Below, one piece after another: positions 20,380 through 29,280 of a stretch of 64,000 bases of DNA; the stretch's first letter is position 1, and each line of letters starts with the position of its first letter. The notes under the pieces are model-generated. The model was not told the DNA's origin and did no database searches. It was given only the letters and a program-made list of their open reading frames with translations. The DNA lies in contig CAWKDB010000010.1 in the NCBI GenBank assembly GCA_963848295.1, forward strand, positions 3,136,001 to 3,200,000, in the 5' to 3' direction. The translations under genes were made by a program, and so were the position numbers. The DNA comes from an uncultured delta proteobacterium. Lineage in GTDB: Bacteria > Myxococcota_A > Polyangia > Haliangiales > Haliangiaceae.

Positions 20380-21612
20380 CTACTTCTTCTTGCGCACCGC
20401 GATCAGGCGCGCGTACGCCTCGGCCGCGACCTGACAGATCTGGCGCAGCTCCTCGAGCTGCTCGGTCGTCATCTCGTCCGGCCCATGGCCGTAGAGCACG
20501 TTGACGACGCGCTTGCCGATCACGATGACACCGGCGGCTGCGAATCGCGGTTCGGCGCACTCGAGCACTTTGTAGAGATAGGTCGTGACGGTCGACGGCG
20601 TGACCGAGCCGTGCGCGACGCCGGTGTCCGAGGCGATCGCCGCTTGCAAGATCGACGGTGCGTCGAACGGAATCAGGATGTGCTCGACGTTCGCGATCCC
20701 GGGCAAGTCGCCGAGGGCCTTCCAGCCGAACGCCATCTGATCGCGGACCGAGAACAGCACCGCGGCCTCGAACACGCCGGAGGCATAGCCGAGCAAGACC
20801 TCGACGATCTTGTTGCGCTCGGTCAGGCTCGCGAGCTCGGCGATCGCGGTCGGCGGATCGATCGGCGGCGGCCGTTCGCGCGCGATCTCCGGGGCCTCGT
20901 GCGGTGGTTGCGAAGGCCGATGCGGCCGCACCGCTTTCGCGGCCTCGGCGGGCGCCGCGTCATCGGCATCGAGGGTCTCGAGGAGGTCCTCGGCGTCGAG
21001 CTCGAGCGATTCGGAGTCATCGAACGCCACGACGCGCGAGCTGCGCAGCCGCGGCTTCGGCCCCGGCGCCGCGACGAGCGCGGCTGGCACCGGCGGCAAC
21101 CCGGGCAGCGGCGGCGCGGGCAAGCCGGCGTCGATCGCGCTCTCGTTGCCACGCGGCGAGTCACCGAACCGGGTGAACCGCGCGGGGCGCGCCACGCCGT
21201 AATAGCGCTCGATGTAGTAGTAGATCCGGACCTCGGGCGCGACCCGCGGCAGTACGCGATAGCCGGTGAGCTGGGCGAGGGCATCGAGGCTCGCGAAGTC
21301 GTGCGGATCCTCGACCGCGGCGATCAGCTGGCGGTCTTGCAGCACGAGCGGCACGCACTTGAACTTGAACGCGTGCGCGGGCTGGAGCAGCCGGACCGCC
21401 GCTCGCTTCGCGCGTTCGAGCATCGCGCCGGTCGCGATCGGGATCCCGAGCTCGAGCCCCAGGTAGACGGTCAACGCCTCGAGATCGACCATCCCGTGCT
21501 CGACCAGCACCGTGCCGAGTCGGCCGCCGTCATGGGCTTGCGCCGCGAGGGCCTGCTTGAGCTGCACCTCCGTCAAGCGTCCGTCGCGGACGAGCATCTC
21601 CCCCAGTCGCAT
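20380..21612 (-). CDS. MshEN (T2SSE_N) domain protein without ATPase domain
   Basis: RLGEMLVRDGRLTEVQLKQALAAQ...RLGTVLVEHG tandem MshEN motif. Confidence 0.85.
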   Translation of the reverse strand: MRLGEMLVRDGRLTEVQLKQALAAQAHDGGRLGTVLVEHGMVDLEALTVYLGLELGIPIATGAMLERAKRAAVRLLQPAHAFKFKCVPLVLQDRQLIAAVEDPHDFASLDALAQLTGYRVLPRVAPEVRIYYYIERYYGVARPARFTRFGDSPRGNESAIDAGLPAPPLPGLPPVPAALVAAPGPKPRLRSSRVVAFDDSESLELDAEDLLETLDADDAAPAEAAKAVRPHRPSQPPHEAPEIARERPPPIDPPTAIAELASLTERNKIVEVLLGYASGVFEAAVLFSVRDQMAFGWKALGDLPGIANVEHILIPFDAPSILQAAIASDTGVAHGSVTPSTVTTYLYKVLECAEPRFAAAGVIVIGKRVVNVLYGHGPDEMTTEQLEELRQICQVAAEAYARLIAVRKKK

Positions 21613-21687
21613 CGCTCGCGCGACGTTAGCATGGGCCCGCGAGCGGCCACATTTTGTGACGACGACGCACCGTGCTATGTCGGTTAG

Positions 21688-23187
21688 GTGCGAAACCGCG
21701 CGACTCGATGTCCTGGGCTCGTCCCCGGATGTCAGCATCGCCGAGTGGCGATGTGGCTGGTGGTCGTGGCCAGCAGCTGTCGTGGCTCGGAGCCGTCGCA
21801 CCAGCCGTCGGGGCGACCGGAGCCAACCTCGGCGCAAGAGCCGACGGCGGTGGCGGCCCGGCCCGACTTCCCGGAAGGCACGCGGTCGCTGACCCTGGTC
21901 CGCACGGTCGGCGTTCGGCTCGAGCCGGGCGACGATGCCAAGCGGATCGGCACGGTCGCGATCGATACGCGCGTCGCCTGGACCCGGACCGCGGCAGGCA
22001 AGGGCTGCGGCAAGAACTGGGTCGAGATCCAGCCTCGCGGCTGGATCTGCGGCGACTACGTCACCGCGAGCAAGCTCGTGCCGTACGGCCAGGAGGTGCC
22101 ACAGCTCGAGCGCGGCGAGATCGTGCCTGGCACTTACGGCAAGGTCACCGGCGCGAGCTCGGTGACGTACTTGCTCGAGAAACCGAAGATCAAGCCCAAG
22201 AAGTCGAGGCACGACAAGCATCCGGTGACCTCGCCCAAAGACGTGGACGACGATCCGAAGCTGCCGCGCATGGTCGAGAACCAGCCGTTGATCGGTTCGA
22301 TGAACGTGCGCGAGTACGACGCGCTCACGGTCGGTGGCAAGCTGTACTGGAAGATCAGCCACCGCGACAAAGACAACGACTACGTGCTCGCGAGCGCGAT
22401 CACGAAGCACGTGCCGTCGAAATGGCGCGGTACTCGACTCGGCGATGACACCGGCTGGGGCGTGCCGTTCGCGTGGGTCACCCCGCGCGGCGGCGGCGTC
22501 ACGGCATGGACGATGGTCAAGCCGAACGGAGGCGGTGTCGTGCGTCAGCTCGCGGCGCGAACGCCGGTGCCGGTGCTCGAGACCGCGAGCGATGCGCAGC
22601 AACATCCGATCGCGTATCGGGTGAGCGACAAGGAGTGGATCGCGGCCGGCGATGTCCGCGTATTCGAGCCAGCGCCGCCGCCCGAGACCCTGATCCCGGG
22701 CGAGCGCTGGATCGACGTCGATCTCGACGACCAGATCCTCGTCGCATTCGAAGGCGAGACGCCGGTGTACTCGACGCTCGTCTCGTCGGGCGCCAAGGAT
22801 ACGCCGACCGAAACCGGGATCTATCGCGTCTGGATGAAAGAGTCGGAGGCCGACATGAAAGGCCTCAACGGCGAGGATCCGTACTCGGTCGCGACCGTGC
22901 CGTGGACCGAGTTCTTCAGCCCGGAGAAAGGCCTGGCGCTGCACACCGCGTACTGGCACGACCAGTTCGGCAAGGCGCGCAGCCACGGCTGCATCAACCT
23001 CGCGCCGCGCGACGCGCGCTGGCTCTACTTCTGGAGCGACCCGCAAGTGCCGCCCGGGTGGACGATGACCGCAGGCGTCGTCGAACTGCCCGGCTCGATC
23101 GTGCGAGTCCGATCGAAAGCCGATCCCAACCCGGCGATCAAAGGCTACGCAAAGAAAGTCTACGAGGCGCGCCTCGCGCCCAAGTGA
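21688..23187 (+). CDS. L,D-transpeptidase (YkuD family); start uncertain (21688 or 21751)
   Basis: WIDVDLDDQ...TPTETG...ALHTAYWH...SHGCINL. Confidence 0.9.
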   Translation: MRNRATRCPGLVPGCQHRRVAMWLVVVASSCRGSEPSHQPSGRPEPTSAQEPTAVAARPDFPEGTRSLTLVRTVGVRLEPGDDAKRIGTVAIDTRVAWTRTAAGKGCGKNWVEIQPRGWICGDYVTASKLVPYGQEVPQLERGEIVPGTYGKVTGASSVTYLLEKPKIKPKKSRHDKHPVTSPKDVDDDPKLPRMVENQPLIGSMNVREYDALTVGGKLYWKISHRDKDNDYVLASAITKHVPSKWRGTRLGDDTGWGVPFAWVTPRGGGVTAWTMVKPNGGGVVRQLAARTPVPVLETASDAQQHPIAYRVSDKEWIAAGDVRVFEPAPPPETLIPGERWIDVDLDDQILVAFEGETPVYSTLVSSGAKDTPTETGIYRVWMKESEADMKGLNGEDPYSVATVPWTEFFSPEKGLALHTAYWHDQFGKARSHGCINLAPRDARWLYFWSDPQVPPGWTMTAGVVELPGSIVRVRSKADPNPAIKGYAKKVYEARLAPK

Positions 23188-23352
23188 TGGTGACGCTGTC
23201 TCTTTTGTCACCTTGCGCTCGATCGACCGATCCGCTAAGTGATGGTGACGCTGTCTCTTTTGTCACCTTGCGCTCGATCGACCGATCCGCTATCGCCGCG
23301 TAGTTCAAGCGAATTCCCTGGGGACGCTGTCTCTTTTGTCCACTTGCGCTCC
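23182..23352 (+). repeat. Left end: three GACGCTGTCTCTTTTGTC copies including an exact 55-bp tandem duplication
   Basis: GAC at 23192, 23247, 23323; 23182-23236 identical to 23237-23291. Confidence 0.95.
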
Positions 23353-23402
23353 GAGGTGCCGGCACGACGGGCACGACGGCGCACGCCCGAACCGATGACG
23401 TG

Positions 23403-23555
23403 ATGCGATTCGGGGCCCGCATGGCTCTAGTCGTGATGATGGGTTGTGGCTCGACATCGCCGCCGATCGTGCCAACTGGCATCGTCGTTGCGGCGGGCGG
23501 TGCGGGCGCGACCGGACCAACTGTTGACATCGGCTTGCGAAGCGCGTGCCTGTGA
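23403..23555 (+). CDS. 50-aa lipoprotein-like ORF or gene fragment between inverted repeat doublets
   Basis: MRFGARMALVVMMGCGSTSPPIVPTG...ACL*. Confidence 0.4.
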   Translation: MRFGARMALVVMMGCGSTSPPIVPTGIVVAAGGAGATGPTVDIGLRSACL

Positions 23556-23557
23556 GC

Positions 23558-23663
23558 GAGCAAAGTGACAAAAGAGACAGCGTCCCCAGCGAAATCGCTT
23601 AGATAACCGGACGATCCGTGTCGCGCTCGATCGCGCAAGTTGACAAAAGAGACAGCGTCACCA
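23558..23663 (-). repeat. Right end: inverted doublet of the same repeat
   Basis: GACAAAAGAGACAGCGTC ending at 23584 and 23659 (period 75); linker ATCGCTTAGAT. Confidence 0.95.
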
Positions 23664-24263
23664 GGCTAGGGGCAGCCGCCGCGCTTCGACCGCATCGAGC
23701 GCGCGGACGAGCGCTGCGTCGAAGACGTCGGCGAGGGTGTCGCGCGAGACGCGGTAGAGGGTCGGCGCGGTCGGGTCGTACGCGCACGAGTAGTCGGGGT
23801 AGTCGTCGGAGATCATGATCGCGCCGTCGCCGAAGGTCAGCGGGAACAGGCGGCACACCGCCGGCTTCGTGCCGCGAAAGTCCCAGCCCGCCTCGAGCGA
23901 CGCGCGGTGGATCGCACAGCCGCGGCCATCGTGCGAGAGGAAGAGGCAGCCGTCGCCGAGCACCGCGGTGCGCACCATCGTGCCGGATGGCATGTCGGGA
24001 TCGATCTCGGGCTCGCTCTCGTCGAACCACGGCAGGTCGCGCGCGGCGTCGGACAGCACGGCGCGGATCGAGTCTTTGCGCACGAGGATCTTGTCGCGCT
24101 CGAACAGATCGACATCGGCGCCGTATTGGCAGCACGCATCGAGCTTCGTCGCGCGGCCCTTGTTCTCGAGCTTGCACGTGTGAGTCATGCAATCGGCGAC
24201 CACGCGATGCGTGAAGATCTTCGGATCGACGCGGCGGAACCGCGCGTGGTCGAGCTCGATCAT
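23658..24263 (-). CDS. YkgJ/CxxCxxCC-like cysteine-cluster protein
   Basis: DCMTHTC...DACCQYG...GCLF...GCAIH...KPAVCRLFP. Confidence 0.75.
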   Translation of the reverse strand: MIELDHARFRRVDPKIFTHRVVADCMTHTCKLENKGRATKLDACCQYGADVDLFERDKILVRKDSIRAVLSDAARDLPWFDESEPEIDPDMPSGTMVRTAVLGDGCLFLSHDGRGCAIHRASLEAGWDFRGTKPAVCRLFPLTFGDGAIMISDDYPDYSCAYDPTAPTLYRVSRDTLADVFDAALVRALDAVEARRLPLAW

Positions 24264-24766
24264 TCGGCGGCGGACCTTAGCAGCTCGGCGAGGTCGTAAC
24301 GGCTGCCATCACCGCCCGCTTCGCGATCGACCGCGAGTAGGAGCGCGGATAGCGTCTCTTGATCGAGGATGCAATCCGCATCGGCCGCCGCGGGTCCAGT
24401 TCGGGTGAAGTTGCGAAAGCACGCCTGAACGATCGGCAGGCCATGTTCACGCAACCGGATCGGGGCGCCGTGCGACCGACACACCAGCGGGCGAGCCGCA
24501 TAGATCGCGCACCGACCCGCCGGATCGAGTGCCGCACAGCGGTCCGCCGGTGCCGCCGCGGCCTGGCTGGCGAGCGCCCGGCGATCCAGCTCCGCCCACG
24601 CCTCGAGCTCGGCGCGGATGGCCGCAGCCTCTACCCCGGTCACGGTCAGCCGCGTATGACAGCAGTCCGAGCAACCGGACGAGCACTGCAAGTCGCGGGT
24701 GTGCCTCGCTTCTACGCGAGAGAAGAAGCCATCGACCTTCGCTGTTAGGAGCTGCCAACGCGACAT
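24260..24766 (-). CDS. YkgJ family cysteine-cluster protein
   Basis: CSSGCSDCC...CAALD...CAIYAARPLVCR. Confidence 0.9.
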   Translation of the reverse strand: MSRWQLLTAKVDGFFSRVEARHTRDLQCSSGCSDCCHTRLTVTGVEAAAIRAELEAWAELDRRALASQAAAAPADRCAALDPAGRCAIYAARPLVCRSHGAPIRLREHGLPIVQACFRNFTRTGPAAADADCILDQETLSALLLAVDREAGGDGSRYDLAELLRSAAE

Positions 24767-24794
24767 CGTACGCAGTCTACCCTCTACCCTCGCC

Positions 24795-25691
24795 ATGGAC
24801 CTCAACGACATCGTCGTGTTCACCAAAGTGGTGGAGACCAAGAGCTTCACCGGCGCGGCCGAGCTGCTCGGTCTTCCCAAGTCGACCGTCAGTCGCAAGC
24901 TCGCTCAGCTCGAGGAGCGACTCGGTGTTCGGCTCGTCCAGCGAACGACGCGCAAGCTCGCCCTGACCGACATCGGCGAGGCGTACTACGCGCGTTGCAG
25001 TCGGATCGTGTCGGACGCCGTACAAGCCGAGCTGCTCGTCACCGACATGCAGGCATCGCCTCGCGGCCGGCTGCGTGTCACGGCGCCGATCGATTTCTCT
25101 GCGCGTCACATCGGCGGCCTGATCGCCGAGTTCAACTCGCTGCACCCCGAGGTCAACATCGAGCTCGAGAGCACGAACCGGGTCGTCGATCTGATCGAAG
25201 AGAGCTTCGATGTCGCGGTGCGGTTCGGACCGATGCCCGAGTCGACTCTGATCGCGCGCCGACTGTGCAGCATCCACATGGTGTTGGTCGCCGCGCCATC
25301 GTACCTCGCGAAGCGCGGCACGCCGATGCATGCGGAAGATCTCGATCAGCACGATCGCTTGCTGTTCACGCCGGGCGCGCGCAATCAGACCTGGACGCTT
25401 GCGAACGGCGAGGCGACCTACGAGTTCGGCAGGCCCGCGCGGTTTGCGAGCAACAACTACGGGGCGCTGCGCGACGTCGCGATCGCCGGCGGTGGCATCG
25501 CGGTGTCGACCGACTTCATGGCCGCGCACGACATCGCGACCGGCATGCTCGTTCGCGTGCTGCCGCAGTGGCGATCGCAGGGCACCGAGGTTCATGCGGT
25601 CTATCCCGCACGTCAGAATCTACCGCCGCGCCTCACATTGTTTCTCGATCATCTCGCGAAATCGCTGAATCCGCCGCCCTGGCTGAGATAA
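24795..25691 (+). CDS. LysR family transcriptional regulator (CrgA-like)
   Basis: SFTGAAELLGLPKSTVSRKLAQLEERLGVRLVQRTTR. Confidence 0.96.
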   Translation: MDLNDIVVFTKVVETKSFTGAAELLGLPKSTVSRKLAQLEERLGVRLVQRTTRKLALTDIGEAYYARCSRIVSDAVQAELLVTDMQASPRGRLRVTAPIDFSARHIGGLIAEFNSLHPEVNIELESTNRVVDLIEESFDVAVRFGPMPESTLIARRLCSIHMVLVAAPSYLAKRGTPMHAEDLDQHDRLLFTPGARNQTWTLANGEATYEFGRPARFASNNYGALRDVAIAGGGIAVSTDFMAAHDIATGMLVRVLPQWRSQGTEVHAVYPARQNLPPRLTLFLDHLAKSLNPPPWLR

Positions 25692-25702
25692 AACGCGAGG
25701 CA

Positions 25703-26506
25703 ATGACGATCACGCTCGACGAGATCGAAGACGCCGCCAACGAGTACTTGGTCCCGATCGGGCTAAAGGTCCTGCTCGCGCTCGCGATCTTCGTGTTCGG
25801 ACGCATGCTCGCGCGCGCGCTGTGGAAGGCGATCGATCGCGTCCTCGAGCGCAGCAAGATCGATGTCTCGCTGCGGCAATTCCTCGGCGACGTGGCCTAC
25901 GCCACGCTGTTAGTCGCGGTCGTCATCGCCTCGCTGGACACGGTCGGCATCAAGACCACCGCGATCGTCGCCGTCCTGGGCGCCGCTGGCCTCGCGGTCG
26001 GGCTCTCGTTGCAGGGCTCGCTGTCGAACTTCGCGGCCGGCGTGATGTTGATCGTGCTGCGCCCTTACAAAGTCACCGACCTCGTGATGATCGGCAAGTA
26101 CCTCGGGCGGATCGACGCGATCAAAGGCTTCTATACGGTCCTCATCACCGCCGACAACCGTGAGATCACGATCCCGAACGGCCAGATCATCGCCGCGCCG
26201 ATCGAGAACTACAGCGTGCTCGGCCGGCGTCGTGTCGATCTGCTCGTCAACGTCCAGGCGACCGACGTCGCGAAGCTGCGCGCGCTGCTCGAAGCGGCGC
26301 TCGCCGGTGACGATCGGATCGCGACCTCGCCGGCTGCCACGATCGACATCGCCGAGGTCGCCGACACCGGGATCAAGCTCTACGTTCGGCCGTGGACGAC
26401 CGCGGACAACTACGCGAAGGTCGCGGCCGAGACGATGGACAAGATCAAAGACGCGCTGCTCGCCGCGACGATGAAGTTCAGCGTCGTGCTGCAACCCGGC
26501 GCTTAG
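25703..26506 (+). CDS. mscS: Small-conductance mechanosensitive channel
   Basis: GAAGLAVGLSLQGSLSNFAAG...IPN. Confidence 0.9.
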   Translation: MTITLDEIEDAANEYLVPIGLKVLLALAIFVFGRMLARALWKAIDRVLERSKIDVSLRQFLGDVAYATLLVAVVIASLDTVGIKTTAIVAVLGAAGLAVGLSLQGSLSNFAAGVMLIVLRPYKVTDLVMIGKYLGRIDAIKGFYTVLITADNREITIPNGQIIAAPIENYSVLGRRRVDLLVNVQATDVAKLRALLEAALAGDDRIATSPAATIDIAEVADTGIKLYVRPWTTADNYAKVAAETMDKIKDALLAATMKFSVVLQPGA

Positions 26507-26834
26507 CCGGCGGCGCAGCCAACGACCGCGGCAGCACGTGGACCGGGCGCAGCTTGCGCAAGTCGTCGAGCCATTCGCCGTCCGCGGTCGACTTCGTGGT
26601 CAACATCATCACTTCGATCCGCAGGATCGCGATCGACATCGCGCACAGCAGGGCTTGCACGCTGTCGGCGCCGTACAGCGTGATCGGACCGACGACGAGC
26701 CTGCCGCGCATCGACAGCTCGACGTTGCATGCCCACGCGAGCCCATCGGCGACCGGCGCGAACACGCGCAGGCGCAGGGGCGTGGTCTTGCGCGCGCGCA
26801 CGAGCGGGATCACGCGTTCGATGAACAGCTTCAT
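26478..26834 (-). CDS. Hypothetical protein
   Basis: ATGA overlap with DUF423 gene; YGADSVQAL segment. Confidence 0.6.
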   Translation of the reverse strand: MKLFIERVIPLVRARKTTPLRLRVFAPVADGLAWACNVELSMRGRLVVGPITLYGADSVQALLCAMSIAILRIEVMMLTTKSTADGEWLDDLRKLRPVHVLPRSLAAPPAKRRVAARR

Positions 26835-27193
26835 ACGCTGCGCAAGGCTCCGTAGGCCAAACATGCCCAGCCGGCGAGAAATGCGAGGCCGCCGATCGGC
26901 GTGATCGCACCGAGGATCTTCACGTCGGTGAGCGCGAGCGCGTACAGGCTGCCCGAGAACACGACGATCCCGGCTTGAAAGATCCAGCCCGCGATCACCG
27001 CGCCGCGCACCGCGAGCGACGCGGCGAGCAACATCGCGAGCGCGTGATACATCTGATACCGCGCCCCGGTCTCGAACACCTCGAGCGCGTGCGCCTCGAT
27101 CCGGTCTTTGAGCCCGTGCGCGGCGAAGGCACCGGCAGCGATCGCGATCGCCGCGTTGATCGCGCCGGCGGCGACGAGGCTGCGCGAGGTCAC
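26831..27193 (-). CDS. DUF423/TMEM256 membrane protein
   Basis: GAFAAHGL, YQMYHAL, FSGSLY, GAITPIGG. Confidence 0.95.
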   Translation of the reverse strand: MTSRSLVAAGAINAAIAIAAGAFAAHGLKDRIEAHALEVFETGARYQMYHALAMLLAASLAVRGAVIAGWIFQAGIVVFSGSLYALALTDVKILGAITPIGGLAFLAGWACLAYGALRSV

Positions 27194-27260
27194 GGCGCGA
27201 CTGTACCGCGTGCCGCGAAAAACCGCAGAGCTCGGCGCCCATTCGTGCGTTGATGGGGCA

Positions 27261-27938
27261 ATGAGGGTCTACGTCGTCGCGTTCGTCTGCTCGGCGGCCA
27301 CCGCTCACGCCGCACCGAGCCCGATCGGCCGTTGGAGCATGAACCTCGAGCTGCACTACGAAGCGTACCCGACGATGGAGATGAACATCGATCGCACCCT
27401 GGTCGGCGCGGCGTGGTTCGAGCTCACCGCGAACGGCCGCGTCGCCGGCTGCCTCGGCCAGCACGCGATCGAAGATGTCCGGGTCGGCAAGTACCAGCCA
27501 CCCGACTACAAGGATCGTCACGACCATCGCGACACACGCTCGTTGCGCGCGCTCACCGGCCGGTGGACCGCGACCGCGACCGGCTTCGATCTCGAGCTCA
27601 CTGCTGCGAGCTGGAACAGCTGTACGTTGTCGCCCACCGCGACATTCGATCCTCAGATCAGGCTGCACTGCGCCGCCGTGACTCGGCTCGGCAAGGCAAC
27701 GGTGGATTGCACGCGATCGAACGGCGGAGACATCGACGGCATCGGCATCCGGCTCGCGACGCCACCGGACTCGACGAATCCGATGTCCGACCCGCGAGGT
27801 GACTCGATGCTCCTCGGCCGCGCCCCCGGGCTGCGCGTCAAGGTCGACCAGAACGCGCACACCCAGATCCCGAGGATCATCACGACGGTGGGTGCGACCA
27901 CGCTCGCCGAAGCCGACTTCGTGACGCCGCACCCGTGA
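27261..27938 (+). CDS. Secreted protein, paralog of 28414-29151
   Basis: Signal peptide; shared blocks RWSM.LEL, AWFEL, TAASWN.C, ATFDP, EADF. Confidence 0.8.
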   Translation: MRVYVVAFVCSAATAHAAPSPIGRWSMNLELHYEAYPTMEMNIDRTLVGAAWFELTANGRVAGCLGQHAIEDVRVGKYQPPDYKDRHDHRDTRSLRALTGRWTATATGFDLELTAASWNSCTLSPTATFDPQIRLHCAAVTRLGKATVDCTRSNGGDIDGIGIRLATPPDSTNPMSDPRGDSMLLGRAPGLRVKVDQNAHTQIPRIITTVGATTLAEADFVTPHP

Positions 27939-27984
27939 GACGCCGGTGCTGGGCCTTTGCGGTCACCTCGCCGGTCAAACGGCG

Positions 27985-28147
27985 TTAGCCCGCGCGCAAC
28001 ACCAGCGCGAGCAGCGCGATGCTCGCCGCGATCGCGACGAAGGCGACGAAGAAAGCCGAGTTGCTCATCGCCCATGGCTCGGTCTGGCCTATGTTCAGCT
28101 GGCGATCCCGCATTCGCTCGCCCATGTCGCGGGTCTCTGTCTTCATC
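27985..28147 (-). CDS. Possible small membrane protein (start uncertain)
   Basis: C-terminal hydrophobic helix FFVAFVAIAASIALLALVL. Confidence 0.35.
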
Positions 28148-28211
28148 AAGCGCAGCTGGGACACTGTCATCCAAAAATTTTCGGTGATCCGCCACGCGAT
28201 CGCCAATTCCA

Positions 28212-28315
28212 GGGTGACGCTGTCTCTTTTGTCAACTTGCGCGCCGGCACCACCGCGCCAACCTCACGCGATCTAAGCGATCTCGTGGGACGCTGTCGCT
28301 TTTGTCAACTTGTGC
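28212..28315 (+). repeat. Left-end doublet of the repeat family
   Basis: GAC at 28216 and 28289 (period 73); linker ATCTAAGCGAT. Confidence 0.95.
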
Positions 28316-28320
28316 GGTCG

Positions 28321-28371
28321 CCCCCTGCGGATTCCCGCAGCCATAGCCCCCTGCGGATTCCCGCAGCCATA
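28321..28371. repeat. 26-bp tandem duplication with hairpin CTGCGG-ATTC-CCGCAG
   Basis: CCCCCTGCGGATTCCCGCAGCCATA occurs twice. Confidence 0.9.
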
Positions 28372-28413
28372 TCTAGCCGCAGACCGGGCCATGGGTTCGC
28401 GCGTTACGACGCC

Positions 28414-29151
28414 ATGCGCCTCGCGAGCTTGATGGCGGTAGGCCTCGGTGCGATCGCGTCGCGTGCCGCGCTCGCGAATTCGAGCGCGTCCGCGATCGGC
28501 GAGCGCTGGAGCATGAGCCTCGAGCTGCGCCACGGCACGTACATCGGGATGGAGCGCCACATCGCGACCGCGATCGACGGAGTCGCGTGGTTCGAGCTCG
28601 CGCCAGACGGTACCGCCCGCGGGTGCGTTGCCCGACATCAGAACCGACACGGAACCGAGAGCCACTTCGTCTCCTATGATCACGAGGATCACGACAACCA
28701 CGACGACGATCGCGATCTGCTCGCGCTGAAGGGCCGGTGGAGTCGCAGCGACGGGCAACTCGACTTGGCGTTTACTGCTGCGAGCTGGAACGGCTGCATG
28801 CTCGCTGCCGCGACGTTCGACCCTCACGAACGGCTGCGGTGCACGGTCGCAGCTGCAGCGCAGAACTTTCCTTGGGGTACGCTCGTATGCGAGAACGGCA
28901 AGGACGACCCGTTCGAGCTCGGCATTCATCTCGACGCCAAGCCTGAGGATTGGAGCCCGGGATCGTCGCCGTCGGGCCTGTCGTTCATTCTCGGCCCGGC
29001 GGCCGGCGTACACGTGCGGGTCGCTCAGGGAAGCGGTGACCGGATCCCGGCGATCGAAGTTCGAGTGGGCGCTGGATCGCTGCGCGAAGCCGACTTCAAG
29101 GCCGGCTCGGCGCACATCGTGGATGGTGTTGCACCGTCTCGGTGGCAGTGA
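28414..29151 (+). CDS. Secreted protein inside the repeat-bounded cassette, paralog of 27261-27938
   Basis: Signal peptide MRLASLMAVGLGAIASRAALA; shared motifs and cysteines. Confidence 0.8.
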   Translation: MRLASLMAVGLGAIASRAALANSSASAIGERWSMSLELRHGTYIGMERHIATAIDGVAWFELAPDGTARGCVARHQNRHGTESHFVSYDHEDHDNHDDDRDLLALKGRWSRSDGQLDLAFTAASWNGCMLAAATFDPHERLRCTVAAAAQNFPWGTLVCENGKDDPFELGIHLDAKPEDWSPGSSPSGLSFILGPAAGVHVRVAQGSGDRIPAIEVRVGAGSLREADFKAGSAHIVDGVAPSRWQ

Positions 29152-29177
29152 GCGCCACAGCGCGATCCCGGCCGCGT

Positions 29178-29280
29178 AAGGTGACAATAGAGACAGCGTC
29201 CCCAGGACATCGGCTTAGATCACGGGACGTTATCCGGCTGGCGTCGGCGCACAAGTAGACAATAGAGACAGCGTCCCCAG
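29178..29280 (-). repeat. Right-end inverted doublet of the repeat family
   Basis: GACAATAGAGACAGCGTC ending at 29200 and 29275 (period 75); linker ATCGGCTTAGAT. Confidence 0.95.

Noticed and set aside
23182..23352. CRISPR mini-array
   Set aside because: Only 2-3 copies per site, mixed orientations, conserved linker motifs rather than unique spacers, and no cas gene in the window.
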